Shown: positions 1-13,550 of the stretch, piece after piece | Layout: the number at the start of each line of letters is the position of its first letter | Numbering within the stretch: position 1 is the stretch's first letter | Source of the DNA: Callorhinchus milii | Lineage: Eukaryota | Direction: 5' to 3' | Assembly (NCBI RefSeq): GCF_018977255.1 | Contig: NW_024704742.1 | Span: forward strand, 85,004,001 to 85,068,000 | DNA length: 64,000 bases | The notes under the pieces: model-generated | Seen by the model: only the letters and a program-made list of their open reading frames with translations | What the model was told of the DNA's origin: nothing | The model's database searches: none | Program-made: the position numbers and the translations under genes

Positions 1-359
1 CCTTCAAGCCCTGTTTCAAGACCGCCTTTGGTCACCCTCCAACCCTTACTCTCCCTGCCTTCCACCCCTCCTGATCCCAACCCCCCGCCCGCTGCTGAGG
101 TCCAAATCCCTGACTGTTCAGTGCCTTCACATTTTACAGTAAGTCTTGTTAAGTACTTTGAGACATTTTGACGACTGGATCTGGTGCTAAATCAAATGCG
201 AGCATTATTACTGTCTTCATTACAACTGGAACAGATCAACAGGAAGGATGAGCACTTATTTCAAGGAGCAGCAAGAAGGGTACTCTGGAAAGACGAGCCA
301 ATAGAATTCGGGTAGTGCACTTGTGAACACTGGCTTGGGAGATCAGGAACGAGGGAATG

Positions 360-623
360 CCAGACCGACGGAAAACTACAATCCCCAGAAGTCTCCGCGC
401 GAGCAGCCGGGGTCCACCACCGGGCGGGCGGTCGTGGGATTGGCAGGTGATGCAGCCAATCGGAGCGGGGGGCGGCGCGATTGACAGGCGGCGCAGCCAA
501 TCCGGGCGCGGCAAAGCGAGAGCCAGGCATTTCTGGTGCCCGAAAGCGGAGCCGCGGAGAGGGACTCGCGCTGTCGGCAAACACTCGGGACAAGTCGCAG
601 CGGCCCCGGGTCTCATGGTCGGT
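360..623 (+). promoter_or_regulatory. CpG-island promoter of HSDL2 with ZNF143/SBS-like motif, GC boxes and CCAAT boxes
   Basis: CpG-rich stretch; ACTACAATCCCCAGAAG at 375-391 (ACTACAnnTCCCA-type motif); GGGCGG boxes; CCAAT at 456-460 and 497-501, ATTGG at 439-443; ~300 bp upstream of the HSDL2 ATG. Confidence 0.8.
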
Positions 624-732
624 GCCAGTCTGAGCCCCATTTTTACTATTTTCTTTTTTTAAAAAAAGATATGTTTATTGTTAATAATAATAACCATTGA
701 CCCTCAGCTGGCGCTGTGCTGAGTGGCTGAGG

Positions 733-755
733 GTGTGTGTGTGTGTGTGTGTGTG
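733..755. repeat. (GT)n microsatellite
   Basis: gtgtgtgt run seen directly. Confidence 0.95.
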
Positions 756-912
756 CAGCGAAGTGGAGTAAAGGTCATTGTCAAAGGTCACTGTTTGGAG
801 GCTCTTGGGCTTTGCACGTTTGTCCTCTGTCTGTGTCTTCCCCCCTCAGACTCGCAGTGTTTTTGCAGCTCCGTCGGTATCCCCCTGTGTCGCTCACTGC
901 TGTCACCAGAAG

Positions 913-929
913 ATGTTGCAAAATACGGG
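913..929 (+). CDS. HSDL2: HSDL2 coding exon 1 (MLQNTG)
   Basis: aagATG TTG CAA AAT ACG GG|gtaagc; matches the HSDL2 N-terminus (human MLPNTG); 17 nt, phase joins exon at 10600. Confidence 0.9.
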
Positions 930-1139
930 GTAAGCGGTCTGTGAAAAACACCCGACACACATCACACACTCAACGCCAAGGTTTGCTATTCACAAAAATA
1001 GAATATGCAAGAGTCAGGTCTGTGGAAAGTATCTTTCTCCTCATTGTTTCCAATGCCTCCAAACTATACTGATTAAAATGGCACAAGCATTTTTAAAGAG
1101 ATAAAAACATTGCAATAACTTAGCTGTGGCCTAAATACA

Positions 1140-1462
1140 ACAACAACAAAATTACATCTGTAGAGCGCCTTTCACGTCGGGAGGACGTCCCAAAGCGCTG
1201 AACAGTCAGATGTCGGGGCCCGAGCATGGGGGAGGGGTGGGGTAGGGGAGAGGGAAGGCAGAGAGGTGGGAGGGCGATCGAAGGCACGATCGAAGAGGAG
1301 GGTCTTGAGACCGGCCTTGAAGGAGCCAAGGGAGGAAGTGAGGCGAAGGGACCGTGGGATGGAGTTCCAGAGTGTGGGGCAGAGAGGCTGAAAGCCAGGA
1401 CACCGATGGTAAGGGGAGTCGGGCGGGAGACATGGAGCAGACCGGAGCCTGATGAATGGATG
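1140..1462 (-). mobile_element. L2-clade LINE 3' fragment with TSD AAATACA (1133-1139 / 1463-1469)
   Basis: 3' tail GGGACGTCCTCCCGACGTGAAAGGCGCT...(TTG)n on minus strand; ORF2 C-terminal remnant. Confidence 0.9.
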
Positions 1463-1717
1463 AAATACAGCAACTATTTTTGCATTTAAGTATTACAGTT
1501 TAATTGTAAGCGTATGTTTCATTTTGTTTTGAATAAAGCAGTCTTTATTAAGTAACAAGGAATGTTATAGTTTACATCAAACAACAACAAAACAAGATTT
1601 TCAAAGTATATAAATAGATGGGGTTAATGGTTTACAGCCCAATAATTCTCTTGTTTCCTTTTAAGAGTTTGATAAAAGAAGAATAAGCTACAATTGTGCT
1701 TTATTAAAGGATGTCTT

Positions 1718-2003
1718 TGAGACGTCTCAAAGCGCTTCACAGAATATACTGTAAAGTGAATTGGCCATATATTTTGTGGGCGAAACGCAGCAGCCAATTG
1801 CGTACAGCAATGTCCCACAAACAGTCGTGGATTGAAGTGACCAATTTTTTTTAAAGAAATTATTACGCCCGGAAAAGCAATCCGCCAATCGACTAACAGC
1901 CAGGTTCCTACTTACTGCAAGGTAAACAGAGGTGTGTGAAGTAAGGAAACTTGCCCAACATTTTGCCCTGCCGGAAAATGAATCACTGAGCTACAAGACT
2001 CCA
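1718..2003 (-). mobile_element. tRNA-derived SINE (long form, head partly deleted)
   Basis: TGTGGGACATTGCTGT...AATTGGCTGC Deu-like body and L2-like tail. Confidence 0.9.
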
Positions 2004-2633
2004 TATGCAGCAAAGTACAATGTTGTGATTGGAATATGAATTTGATTGAGCAGATTTACACCCTATCCATTAGTGAGATGCTTTCAGACTGGCTTTGGGT
2101 AGTTAGTTGACAGTTTGGTTTCGTGCTCATAAAATTACCTTTTAATAGAAGATGAGGGCTGTTTTAGCATAAGCAACAGTATTGCGTGTTGACAATGAAA
2201 ATCTAAGGATATTTAACTTGTATGTGAGAATTATGAACAAAGTACTAAACTGACGTGCCTGAAAAGTGTTCGGAGTGCCAAGAAACTTCCCCTTCAGGTG
2301 TTATTGACTACAGCAGGTTCCCCCCCCCCCCCCTCACCCCAACAAAGTGAAAATCAGATAGAAAATTGGTTAATTTCTCCAAAAATAGAAGTGTTTTCAT
2401 GGATGGTTACAAATGGGATTGATAAACAGGTAAATATTAACTGATTTTGTTTTGGTCAGCCAGGGTCGAAACACCCAGAACCCGTCACCATGCTTAAGAG
2501 TATCCAAACCAGACTAAAATATCCACATATGTATGACATTTACGTATGGAAATTGCAGTGTGTCTGGAATGGAACATTCACTTTCTCCCTGGAGAATATT
2601 AGGCACGACTTGGCAAGAGCCAAGGCTTGGGGA

Positions 2634-3346
2634 CCGCAGTGTGTCTTTTCTTCCCCACATCCAAGCCATGACCCGCTCTGCTTTCCCTCACCTCCGTAAC
2701 ATCGACCGACTCCGCCACTACCTCACCCCTCAGGCCGCTGAAACTCTTGTTCATGCCTTCATCACCTCCAGGCTCGACTATGCAAACGCTCTGCTTGTCA
2801 GTCTTCCCAACTCCTCCCTCCACAGACTGCAAATAATCCAAAACTCTGCAGCCCGTGTCCTCTCCCACACTAATCTCCGTGACCCCATCTCCCCCATTCT
2901 CGCCCGACTCCATTGGCTCCCTATCCTTCAGAGGATCCAGTTCAAGATCCTGGTCCTCACCTACAAAGCCCTCCATGGCCTCGCCCCACCTTACTTCTGC
3001 GACCTCCTAACCCCCTACCAACCCGCCCGTTCCCTCCGCTCAGCCAGCTCGGGCCTGCTCTATGTCCCCTGATTCACCCGCCCTACAATTGGCGGGAGAG
3101 CCTTCAGCCACTCTGCACCCAACCTCTGGAATTCCATCCCCCAATCACTCCGCCTCACCCCCTCCTTAGCCTCCTTCAAGTCCCGCCTCAAGACCCTCTG
3201 CTTCGACCATGCCATTGGCCACTCCCCTTCCCCTCCCTTCTCCCCCTCGACCCCTGCTTGGGTCTGAAATGCTGTACACTGTCCAGCGCCTTGAGATGTC
3301 CTCCCGACGTGAAAGGCGCTATACAAATGTAATCTTGTTGTTGTTG
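2634..3346 (+). mobile_element. 5'-truncated L2 LINE with TSD TTGGGGA (2627-2633 / 3347-3353)
   Basis: ORF2 C-terminus LVHAFITSRLDYAN...LHWLP...FKIL; (TTG)n tail. Confidence 0.95.
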
Positions 3347-3974
3347 TTGGGGATACTGCTGGAATATAACCAGTTAAATCTACATAGCTTGCCATTGAAA
3401 GCACTATCTGGCAAGCTTCAGTGCAACACACTGCAGCACTGCACTGGTTTGTCAGCTTAGACTTTGTAAATTCAAATCCTTACAAACCCACAACCTTCTG
3501 ACCCAGAGGCGAAAGTGCTACCACTGAGCCAGGTTGACTAACTCACGATTACAATGCACAGGGTGAGATAATCGAATGTGCAGGCATGCTAGAACTTTTA
3601 AATTCATGCTTTACTCCAGTTTTCAAGATAGAAAGAAGTAAGCTAACACCTGGACACAAGCTGTCTAGCGTTGCCAATTGTAATTGTGAGTGCAATTAAT
3701 TGTAAAGGAAACCGCAAACTGGAACTGAGTCAAACAGTCTGTATATGTGAATGTTTTATTATTTGGATGTAAGCTCTCTGGATGTTGTGCCACAGACAAA
3801 ATGATGAATGGAAGTTTTGAGATTCTGTTCTGGCTTCACATTCATATGCAAAGTAAGTTGCAAATGAGGACCAAATTTGCCTGTTGTTCAGATGATATTA
3901 CTAAATTCCTATATAATCCTACAGTAACAACTACAACAGTTCATATGGAGCCTTTCGTGTCAAGAGGCCAGTTA

Positions 3975-4190
3975 GGAGTGAAACCAGGAAGCATCTTTTT
4001 CACACAAAGGGTTGTGGAAATTTGAAATTCTCTCCCCAAAATGCTGTGGATGCTCGGTCAATTGAAACTTTTAAGAGATTGATAGATATTTGTTATGTAA
4101 GAGAATTGAAGGATATAGAGAAAAGGCAGGTAAATGGAGTTTAGGTACAGATCAACCATGATCTGAAAGAATTATGGAACATGCTCGAGG
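3975..4190 (+). mobile_element. degenerate CR1 3' fragment
   Basis: FFTQRVV-encoding segment and CR1 3' UTR. Confidence 0.75.
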
Positions 4191-7100
4191 GAGGTGGGGA
4201 CTCCAGGATGCAATGAGGTCAGAATCGGTGAGTGAGATTTCAACCATTTTGCCCATACCATTCTGAAATCCCTTTGCCTTTCTCCATCCCTCACTCCGTT
4301 TAAAGTCTATCTCTTTGACTACACCTTCTGCCACCTCCCCCCTACCCTTCTATCTCCCACCCAATTCAAGTTCCCTTTCAGTTTCTGTAATGCGCTTTGA
4401 AATGTTGTCCTTTGTGAAAGGCTCTCTATGCGGCACTTGTTGTTGCTTGGGATATGAAATAGCCCTAGTGACTTAGACGATATGCCTACTACCCAACTGG
4501 AGGAGGAAGAGGGTGTTTCTTTTTATATCAGAGTATAAATATAGCTTTTGTATAGTGTATATCTATAGCTTTGTGTAAAGATTTACAAAATCATTATAAA
4601 ATGATTTTTACTATGAAGCTGAAAGCTTTCAAAGAGCAGTCAGTTGGGAGTTCTCTAGAGTGCTAACTGTTCAGTCACATTCAAAAAATGTATTCAGATT
4701 ATTTTATAAGAATTAAATTGGATATTTACCTACTAACCAATACAGTCCAATGCACATATTCAGTGTGTTTGCCAGTCCATTGTAGTCAAGCCTTGTGATC
4801 TGCTCTCGCTGGTCTATTGTCAATTGTACGAGTCTGTATCTGGAAAATGTGATTTTTGAACAATGATTTTAGCAAATAATGTACAGTCTCCCATCTTCCT
4901 TTTATTTTAAAATACTTTTGTGTATCGACCACAAATTCCAGCTTTGTCAGCATACAGGAGTTGGAGATCAATGCCCTGAGTGCAGGAATACAGGAGCCAA
5001 GCTACTGTTGGCAGTCGCTAAGCCAGTGTGTAATCACAAAGAGCAATTTGGACTTGAATGGAGTCTTTCATGTTGGGGGAAAGTCTTAAAAGACTGAATG
5101 GGAGACGAGCCGGAAAGTAGATAGGGGGAACAGCGAAAGGCACAGGCAAAGAGAGTCCTTTATTTGGAGTTTGAAAGCAGAGACTGGTTGAGGCGAGGAA
5201 TGTTGGAAGAGGGTACCAGAGGGCGGGGGTTAAGTGACCGATGGTGGGCTGGAGTGGTGAGGGGCATGAAGCAGGCCAGAGTTAGAGCAGAGGGAGTGGC
5301 CTGGGGTGTAGGACTACAGTAGACTGCGAAGGAGAATGAACAACTAAATTTTGCTGTGGTCCAGTCAGGTCTGCTGGTAGCCTGTGAAGGCAGACTTGAG
5401 GCACTTGCTCTCTGATGCATAAGCTTTGGACTTCAGAGAGTCAAAGCGATTATGAAAGCGGGTGGCGGGGTGATGGTCGGTGAAATTTTTGTCCTGGTAG
5501 AGGAGCCTCAATGAGTGGGAAGGTGCTGTCAGGGAGTGCCAGGTTTCAGTGCGACATAGGATACAGCCCTACCCAGGACACAGCCCAAATCAGTTCAGCC
5601 TTTGTGGTGATAGTTGTAGTGTAATTATGATAATCATCATAGAAAAATTTAATCTTTGCATTGATATGACACCTATCATATGAGCTAAACATGGGCAAGA
5701 CTGAATCTGTCTTCCCCCCAAAGTGTATCTTCTGGCTCCAACTTCCTCAACCTTCCAGGTCCCTTTCTCTAATTTATTTAATCAGAGCGTTTACATTGAC
5801 TACCGTCTATCTTTCCTCTCTCACATCTGGTCCCTGACCTAGATTACTTCTCTGTATCTTTGTCCCAACACCTGCCTCCATCCCTGTCCAATAGTCACCT
5901 CCAAGCTCAACTTTTCCTTGCCGGCCTCTCCAGTTCTAGCTCATCCATAACTCTGCTGCCTGCATTTTTACCACACAAAATAATGCAGGCGCATCCTCAC
6001 CAAGCTCCAAGTAGATCAACTTCAAGACCTTCGCTTTCACATGCAAATCTCTTCATGCCCTTGCATCTCTCTACCTCTCTAGTCTGCACCAGCGTCCCAT
6101 TTCTGCTCACACCTCCACTCAGCAAACTCAGACAATTGAACAATTTAACTGTAGGCTTGTTGGCCAGGATATCGAGAGAAACTTTCTGCACTTTTCGAAT
6201 AGTGCCACGGGATTGTTCACGTCCATCTGAGTAGCCAGACAGGACGACAGTTTAACTTCTCATCCAAAGAACAAGACAATGCAGTGCTCAACCTAGACTG
6301 TGAACTCAGATTTATATTTTTATTGATCATATGTGAGTGTGATCAGAATTCCAGGAATGCTACCTTAAAACCTCCTTCAGCAATGGTTTCCTGGAGAAAC
6401 CGGCAAAGCGTGTTGAAACATTGGAGGTTAAAAGCACCACCAAAGTGCAAGGCAAAATTATTAATTTTAATAATAGGGATTATTACTCTAAGCTTCACAT
6501 GAGCCTCCTATTCCCTTCTATTCCTGTCTCCCTCATGTTTGCAATGAAGCTTGTGAGGCTTTGGAGTGCTGGAGATACCTCACATTGGGTGTCTTAGTGT
6601 GAATGTTGAGATCTGATGTTAAGGTTGAGGTCGTGTCTACTTCAATTCTCGCTGTCACTAATCTCAGACTCTACACCGGCTCAGTAACTAACCCAAAATC
6701 AGCAAAGCAAAACTTGCTGTCGTTTATCAATTTATTAACCAGTCTTTGTGAAGCAGGATTTTAATCCTAAGTGCTATTTTTTTCTTCATCTTTCTTCCTA
6801 ATCTTCAAAGTTGATTTGGAGCCCAGTCAGACCGGCTGCCTCACACTGTTTACATTTCAAATCAGACCTCGGATTTTTTTTTTACCCCCAAAAAATTCTT
6901 CACTGCACTATCCAGGTTTAGGAGGGTCTGATATTAACAGCTGCCTTTGACTGTTGCTACATTCAATGCGATTGCTCTCTGTACTGATTATAACCACAGT
7001 ACGTGGACTGACTGTTTAAAACCTTATGCGGCTGGTACACATCTCCTGATGCCTGTGCAATGCCACCAAACCTTCATGAACTCAATGCATTAGCTTACCC

Positions 7101-10100
7101 TTCACTTTTATAGCAAGCGTGGAATCCCATCTCCTTAAAGTTTTATAGTATTTTAAAGTTTATGCCTGTTGTAATTTGATAAAACCTGTTTGTCCCATAG
7201 TAAAGAAGGAACTTGAATTCTTATAGCCCCTTATCTCGAAATGTCTCAAATATACAGGAATCGGTGTTAAGTGCTGTAACTTTTTTGTAGTACTATATCA
7301 ATCTTTATCTCTTGGTCCTATGGGAAACTTGCAGTGAGCTGGTTTATACTTTATATGTACAATGACTTTCATACTTTGTAGCAGGGCTAGTGTGAATTGA
7401 TCATTAATGATGAGACCTTTTTCACCCTCCCACCCAGACAGCAGTGACCATGGCTGACAAGTTACGTGTTTGCTTACTTTGCTGGTCTTATCAGTACACA
7501 GATGTTGAAACCTCTGAAATGCCATAAATATTGCTGCGTATCTACTTCAGCCTTTATAAAGGTCAGCCTTTCCCCTTGGTTTGGAGGTGAACATTTTCAA
7601 GTTCCAGTTAACTCAGCGAATCCTCTATCCCAGCTCTGACGGCTCAATTCCCTTGTGTCCATCTTGTGCTGCAGGACCTTAGCTCCTCCGCGCTTAGTGT
7701 AAAGTGCTCACCTTCTCAGTGGTTCTTATGAAAGTGGAGACTTTTCAAGTTTTGAAACTTTGTGCATTGTATGAATCAATGGCCTTTTATAGGAGCTGAA
7801 TTCCATTTTCCATGGTATAATTGCAGTGTATGTTTTTACATTATAAAAATCTCAATATAGTATTGTGTTAGAATGAAAGTCAGTTCATCAGTTTGAATCG
7901 GGTGTGAGAACAGTGAAAAAATCAACCTTTTCAAGCTTGGTTTTAAAGAGAGATTTTGCAGGTGAACTGCTGGACATTTTTTTAAACGGGAGTATCAAGT
8001 TTACTGTCTCATCAACTCGGTTATTTTTTCCTCAACTTTTTCTACGCAGCCCTTCTTTCGTTAAGGAGTTTGACTCCATTTTTATTTACTGGAGTACAGT
8101 TTCCAGGTGCCCTCGATGACTTGATTAAGTGTCCATTTATAGTATATGTAAAACATCCTTGTATTTGATTTAGCCGCTATGCCAACTATATCAAAGTGCT
8201 TCAGAGTTTATTCAGTGAAGTGTAGTGATAATGGATTTATAGGTGAAAGTGGCAGCAAATTTACGCACAGCATTGTCCAAAAAGAGTTTTGAACTGAAGG
8301 ACCAATTTTTCCTGGAAGATTATTGGCCAGCACACCAGGAGAAACTCCCTTCTCTTTTCAAATAGTGCCATGAGATCTTTAACATCACTGTGAGAGTTCA
8401 AAGGCTCAATATCGGCTTGAACCTAATAACCTTCTGACACAGAAGCAAGAGTGCTAACAAATGAGTCGGACTATTTGAGGCTTGAGTGTTGACAGGGTAT
8501 TTGACTGCCTGATTGTTACATTGCTGTCTTTGGTTGATAACTAAACATAGTTTCGCACATTTTCGCCATGTGATACCACAACACATACCACTGCTGATGT
8601 CTTGGAGTTGGTTGCCTGTTGGGCTGAGGAAACGGGGAAAAAAAACAAATGCAATTGGACCTCATTTTAAAGTGGTGGCTTGGGTCCATAATAAGTGATA
8701 TAATGTGTCACGTTATTAAAAACCACCGGCAGGTAGCACTTGTGGTTTTGTTAGGTTGCTGCTGATGGCAGTCGCTAAACCACTTTGTGCATCAGGAGTT
8801 GTTCATTCAATGGGGGACCATTCTCGTGAGCATTTCCAGTGCTGAGATCTTGGTAACGTTGCCAGGCTGCCCACTCACAGGAAGCAGGTCATTCAGCACC
8901 GAAAGCATATTGCACGTACTATGGGTTGATGGTGTGCCCACGTTATAAATAGATAACATTATACATTTGATGTGGGCTGACAGTACGTGTAGATTGAGAA
9001 ATGTCTTGTGTGTAAAGTCTCTACACTTTAGTTTGCCTCCAAGTGCATTGACTAACACAATTGAAAGATGCTGCTTTTGAAGCCGTTATGTGATTTAACC
9101 TTTTAAAAGGGTCAGGGATTTTTTCTTCATGGTTGGAGGTTAGCGTTTTCAAGTACTCGATACATGTACCCTTTTATCAGGTTGCTGGAGCTGATGTTGG
9201 TGAGACCTGATGAATGACGCAGACTGTGTGATGTAAAGCACTTTACATGATGTCATTGAGATTGAGTAGCACTCTGCTATTTTATCACCTTCCTGTAACC
9301 TCCGATAAATTTGTCTTATAATGTATTTCAACCCCTACACTTACAAACCAGGAAACCCATTGATGTTTCTAGAGGATAGTTCCCTGAACAACTTTCAGTG
9401 TTTGGGATACTGAACAGGGAGTAGGTAAGTGGTGCATGGAAGCACCATTACTGAGTGACTAGCTATCAGTTACTGCTATGATGAGATTAACCTGAGGCTG
9501 GAACAAATTGTAAAGAGCAATGGAGTCAGTTTCAGAGTGATTTTGATCTTTTGGGGGAATCTGGGCCACGAGACTATAATAATCCCTTGCATTTGGTATA
9601 GCGCCTTTCACATCGAGAGGAGGTCCCAAACGGCTTCCCAGGATTTATGGTGAAGCGACTGTGTTTGTAGACAAATGGAGGTAGCCCATTTGCGCATAGT
9701 AATATTGCACAAACACCCATGAAATGAGTGACTAATTTTATTTGGCATATATATATATTATAGAGCCATCATTGAAGACCTAAAAGGAGACTTTGCTGTG
9801 GACACTTGGAACATACGCAGCCTGCTGATCAGTAACAGGAGTTTAGAGTTCTTGTGGAGAGTGTCGGGGCCAGCAGTGCAGTGTGTGGCCAGCTGCATTG
9901 AAAGTCAAAGCGAGTGAATTTCCATGTTGCATTAGCAAGGGGATGGAATCCGAATTGAAAGAGCTGGGAATGCTGCTCCGATGTGCAGATTTGACACTAT
10001 CTGGTATACTGTATGCAGTTGTCTTTTTACTACTCTGGTCTCTTTACTGGGAAGGATGTCATTGCCCTTGGAAAAAATGCAGAATGTTCTTGTTCCTTGT

Positions 10101-10599
10101 CTGATCTCTTGTGCTAGAGCTACCTTGTCTGCCAGCAACAAGGTTAATTTCTCATCTCTCAGCTGTGACGATGGTTGTATAGTTTTGGTAATTGCATTAG
10201 TTTGTGTTTTTGGAACCCTAATGAATCCTGCTGTAAGCAACAGGCAATAGATTGTTGATAAATGTTTACAGAGATTGGACTCAATTGCCTCCTCCGATGC
10301 TATACTTTCTTTGATGCATGACTAGCAACTAAACGTTCGAGCGAAGATTATGGAGCAGTTTATGAGCTATTCGGATTGAATCATTTTGAGAAAGAGAAAA
10401 ACACTTAATTATACCAAGTACAGGATGTCCTCTGGAACTTTGAAAGCTATTTCTGTCCGGAATAGCCTCATTCAAGATTACCGTTTCCTGTAAATTTGCA
10501 ATTAAATATTTCTTGACTCTGCTTTCTTGACAAAACAGAATATTACAATTTTTTAGATAAAGTGCCACTGAAATAAGCTTGGTGCCTTTCTCCCTGTAG

Positions 10600-10763
10600 G
10601 AAACTAGCGGGATATACCATCTTCATCACAGGCGCCAGCCGTGGGATTGGCAAAGCAATTGCCTTGAAGGCGGCCAAGGATGGGGCCAATATCGTGATTG
10701 CTGCTAAAACTGCGCAGGCACATCCCAAGCTACCAGGCACCATCTATACCGCAGCACAGGAAA
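10600..10763 (+). CDS. HSDL2: HSDL2 coding exon 2 (KLAGYTIFITGASRGIGKAIALKAAKDGANIVIAAKTAQAHPKLPGTIYTAAQE)
   Basis: tccctgtag| acceptor, |gtaagt donor; SDR Rossmann TGxxxGIG motif; 164 nt. Confidence 0.97.
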
Positions 10764-13550
10764 GTAAGTATGCAGCAGCAAGCAGTAAGTTGTCGACTCT
10801 TGCAGACACAGGCATCCATTTAATATTAAACGATGCAAGAGATGTGAGGGATTCATAATGCAAAGCAGTAGTTACAATTAGGGTAAAGCTGATCAGTAAC
10901 CATTCCTTCTCATTCTACCATTCAAGGTTGTGAGAAAGTAGAAGGCTATAGATCCAGAATCCATTGAGATGCTTCAAAGTAAGAAAGATAAAACCTTCGG
11001 GAAGTAAGCCTTAAGGGATAAGGGATGGAGAAAAGCCGGGAACACCAACAACAACAAATTGCATTTGTACACTATATAGAAAAAAAGAGAAGAAAATAAT
11101 TAAAGATAAAGATTGAACAGAATTAAAGATCTGCCATGACCTAATAAAATGACAGAACCAGTTCAGTGGGTTGAACAGCCTCCTGCTCCTATCCCTGCTT
11201 GGGTATCTTCCAGTAGTTTGTAGCAGAAACCCTAGCTTTGCCTTTTCTCTTTACCCTTGGGACACGAGTCTGCATGGGCCAGCGTTGAGCTAACTATCCC
11301 TTTACTCATTGTGCCATTGGGAAAGAAAGTATAATATATTTTCATTGTATTCATATCCAGTGGACATTTTGTTTAGACCATGATGATAATTCCTCCCACC
11401 ACATCCTCCACATAATGTACATCGGGCCGCTGTTTTTTCAAATATTGGTAAAGCGTTCTCTCCGGTCTAATGGGAGCTTGAAACATTTCAGTCATTGTAG
11501 AAAACCATAGTGTGGAACAGCAGGTTATGCATTTCACTTCACTCTGCACAGCACAGCTACTCCCCTAACATCCTTAGGTCCTGAATTAGTTCAATTTGCT
11601 TCCTAGAATTAGAACCAATTTGGAATAACTACAGCCCAACGTTGCCGTCAGTGGTTTCTTGGAGATGCACACTGTTAAATCTGGGGAATGACTCCTTTTG
11701 ATACTTTTTCTTCCCCTTGGCCCCTCCACGCAGCAGCATAACTCAGTTTGGAGCCTCCAGAGGAGATGATGGATTGAACCCATGTCCTGTCACACTGTGA
11801 ACGCTGCTGGGCCAACATTGCCCTCCCCTTTCATCTGTGTAAAGGTGGTAATTTGTTGAGGTACTGTTCCGTGCTGCTGACAGCTCTCTGCTATTTCACT
11901 CAAGTGGCCCTTTCCTCACATGTGGTGATGATGAGGGTTTGCAGACAATTCAGCCTTAGGGGGAGAAACTAAAGCAAGTTTTACCCTTATATCATATTTC
12001 AGTATTCACATTTTTAAAACCACCCAAAGCTTATGATATAATCTCAGCCCTTTAGCATGTTACCTGCTTGTCGCATTGCATAGCTTGCGTGTTTTCCTGT
12101 AATCGGCTCTCAAAGGGTACAATGGAAATGAAAAAAGTTAAATAATAATGAACCCATTTGATATCGTGCTTAACATGTTGAAACATCTCAAGCGCTCCCC
12201 TCAATGAGTTTCTTTGAAATCTATTGTCTGTTGTTGCACATACAAATGAAGCAGCGAATCTATGCCAGGGACATCCCATGAAGAGCAATGAGCTTGAAAG
12301 ATCGATGATTCTATTTTTCATTAATTTGGATGAAGAAGGAATGTTGAACAGGAACTGAGAAACTTTGTTCTTCGGCACACTGCCATGCAATCAAAGTTTG
12401 CCCCAGTGGGTCACTTTGATTTCCTGCGGCTTGTGCTCCTGACATTGCTCCTGATGTGAAAGCCGCTATATAACTGTAAATTTGTTGTTGCTGTTAAGTC
12501 TTCAACGTCTTTACCTCCGGCTCTAAAAATACTTTGCTCTTCACCTTGCCCTTTAGGTAGATTGAGCTGTGTTGAAGTTGGTTATTATCCATCTATATTT
12601 CTGTAATCATGAACCTTTCGGATCAGTTGTCTAACACACATTATTATGTAGAAACTGAAAACTTTCAGTACAGAGGCCATTCGGCCTGTTGTGTCTGTTA
12701 GAAGCTGCTGCTGTCGGCTACAGCAAATGGAGGCCATGCTAGAGGAACAAAAAGCTCTGGAAAATTAGGCACATTTTGTGTTGCCAAATGCAAGTTACCC
12801 AGAGTTCTTCATAGGGCAAAGTTAGCAATTTGTGTTTGAAGTTCTGGGTCAGAAGGGTTGACCTCTTTTGTTCCTCCCTTGAGGTTGAAGGTCACTGGGT
12901 GTAATTTATCAGTGTGAGAGAGTTGGGTTTTGCTGTTAGCTGTCTCCATCTAAAGCACTTCAGCAAATAAAAGGCTCCAAAGTAGCGGGCTTGTGAATTT
13001 ATTATGTCATGCACAGTAAAATATTGATTCATGCCTGGTGCTCAGAGTTCATACGCACTTAACACTTAATCCGTGCATCAGAAACTGTAGTGTGTTTTTT
13101 TTATTCATTTTTTTAAAAAAACATTCAACGTGAACATAAATCTTGGCTGGAAAGTGATCTGTGTTTACAATTAAGGTAGTGTTCTGTGTTTTGTCAAAAG
13201 TGGTTGCTATCTTTCTCCTCTCCCTCCTACTCCACTTCAAAAATCTGTAGTTGAGAGGCTGGGCAGTAGGTACCTTATGAACGTTTGCTGAATAATCATT
13301 TGACCTTCCAATATTTCCCTTTCTCCCCCCTACTTCCTATGGAGGAAGTTCCCCTTTCCTCCTTCCCCACTCAATGTCCCATTGTGAATGTCACTTTTAC
13401 ACTGAAAGGTTCCATAGGGATAATTGAAGAAACCCCTTTGCTGCTAATGTGACATTGTACGTGCAGCCCACATTGGTTATTTTAACAACAGATCCCACCT
13501 TAGAAACAACCTACAGAACCTGTCGGTCTTAGATCTAACTGATCTACTGT

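Noticed and set aside
236..662. ORFs over the first CpG island (and 56951-58008 over the second)
   Set aside because: GC-rich stop-poor sequence; no recognisable protein
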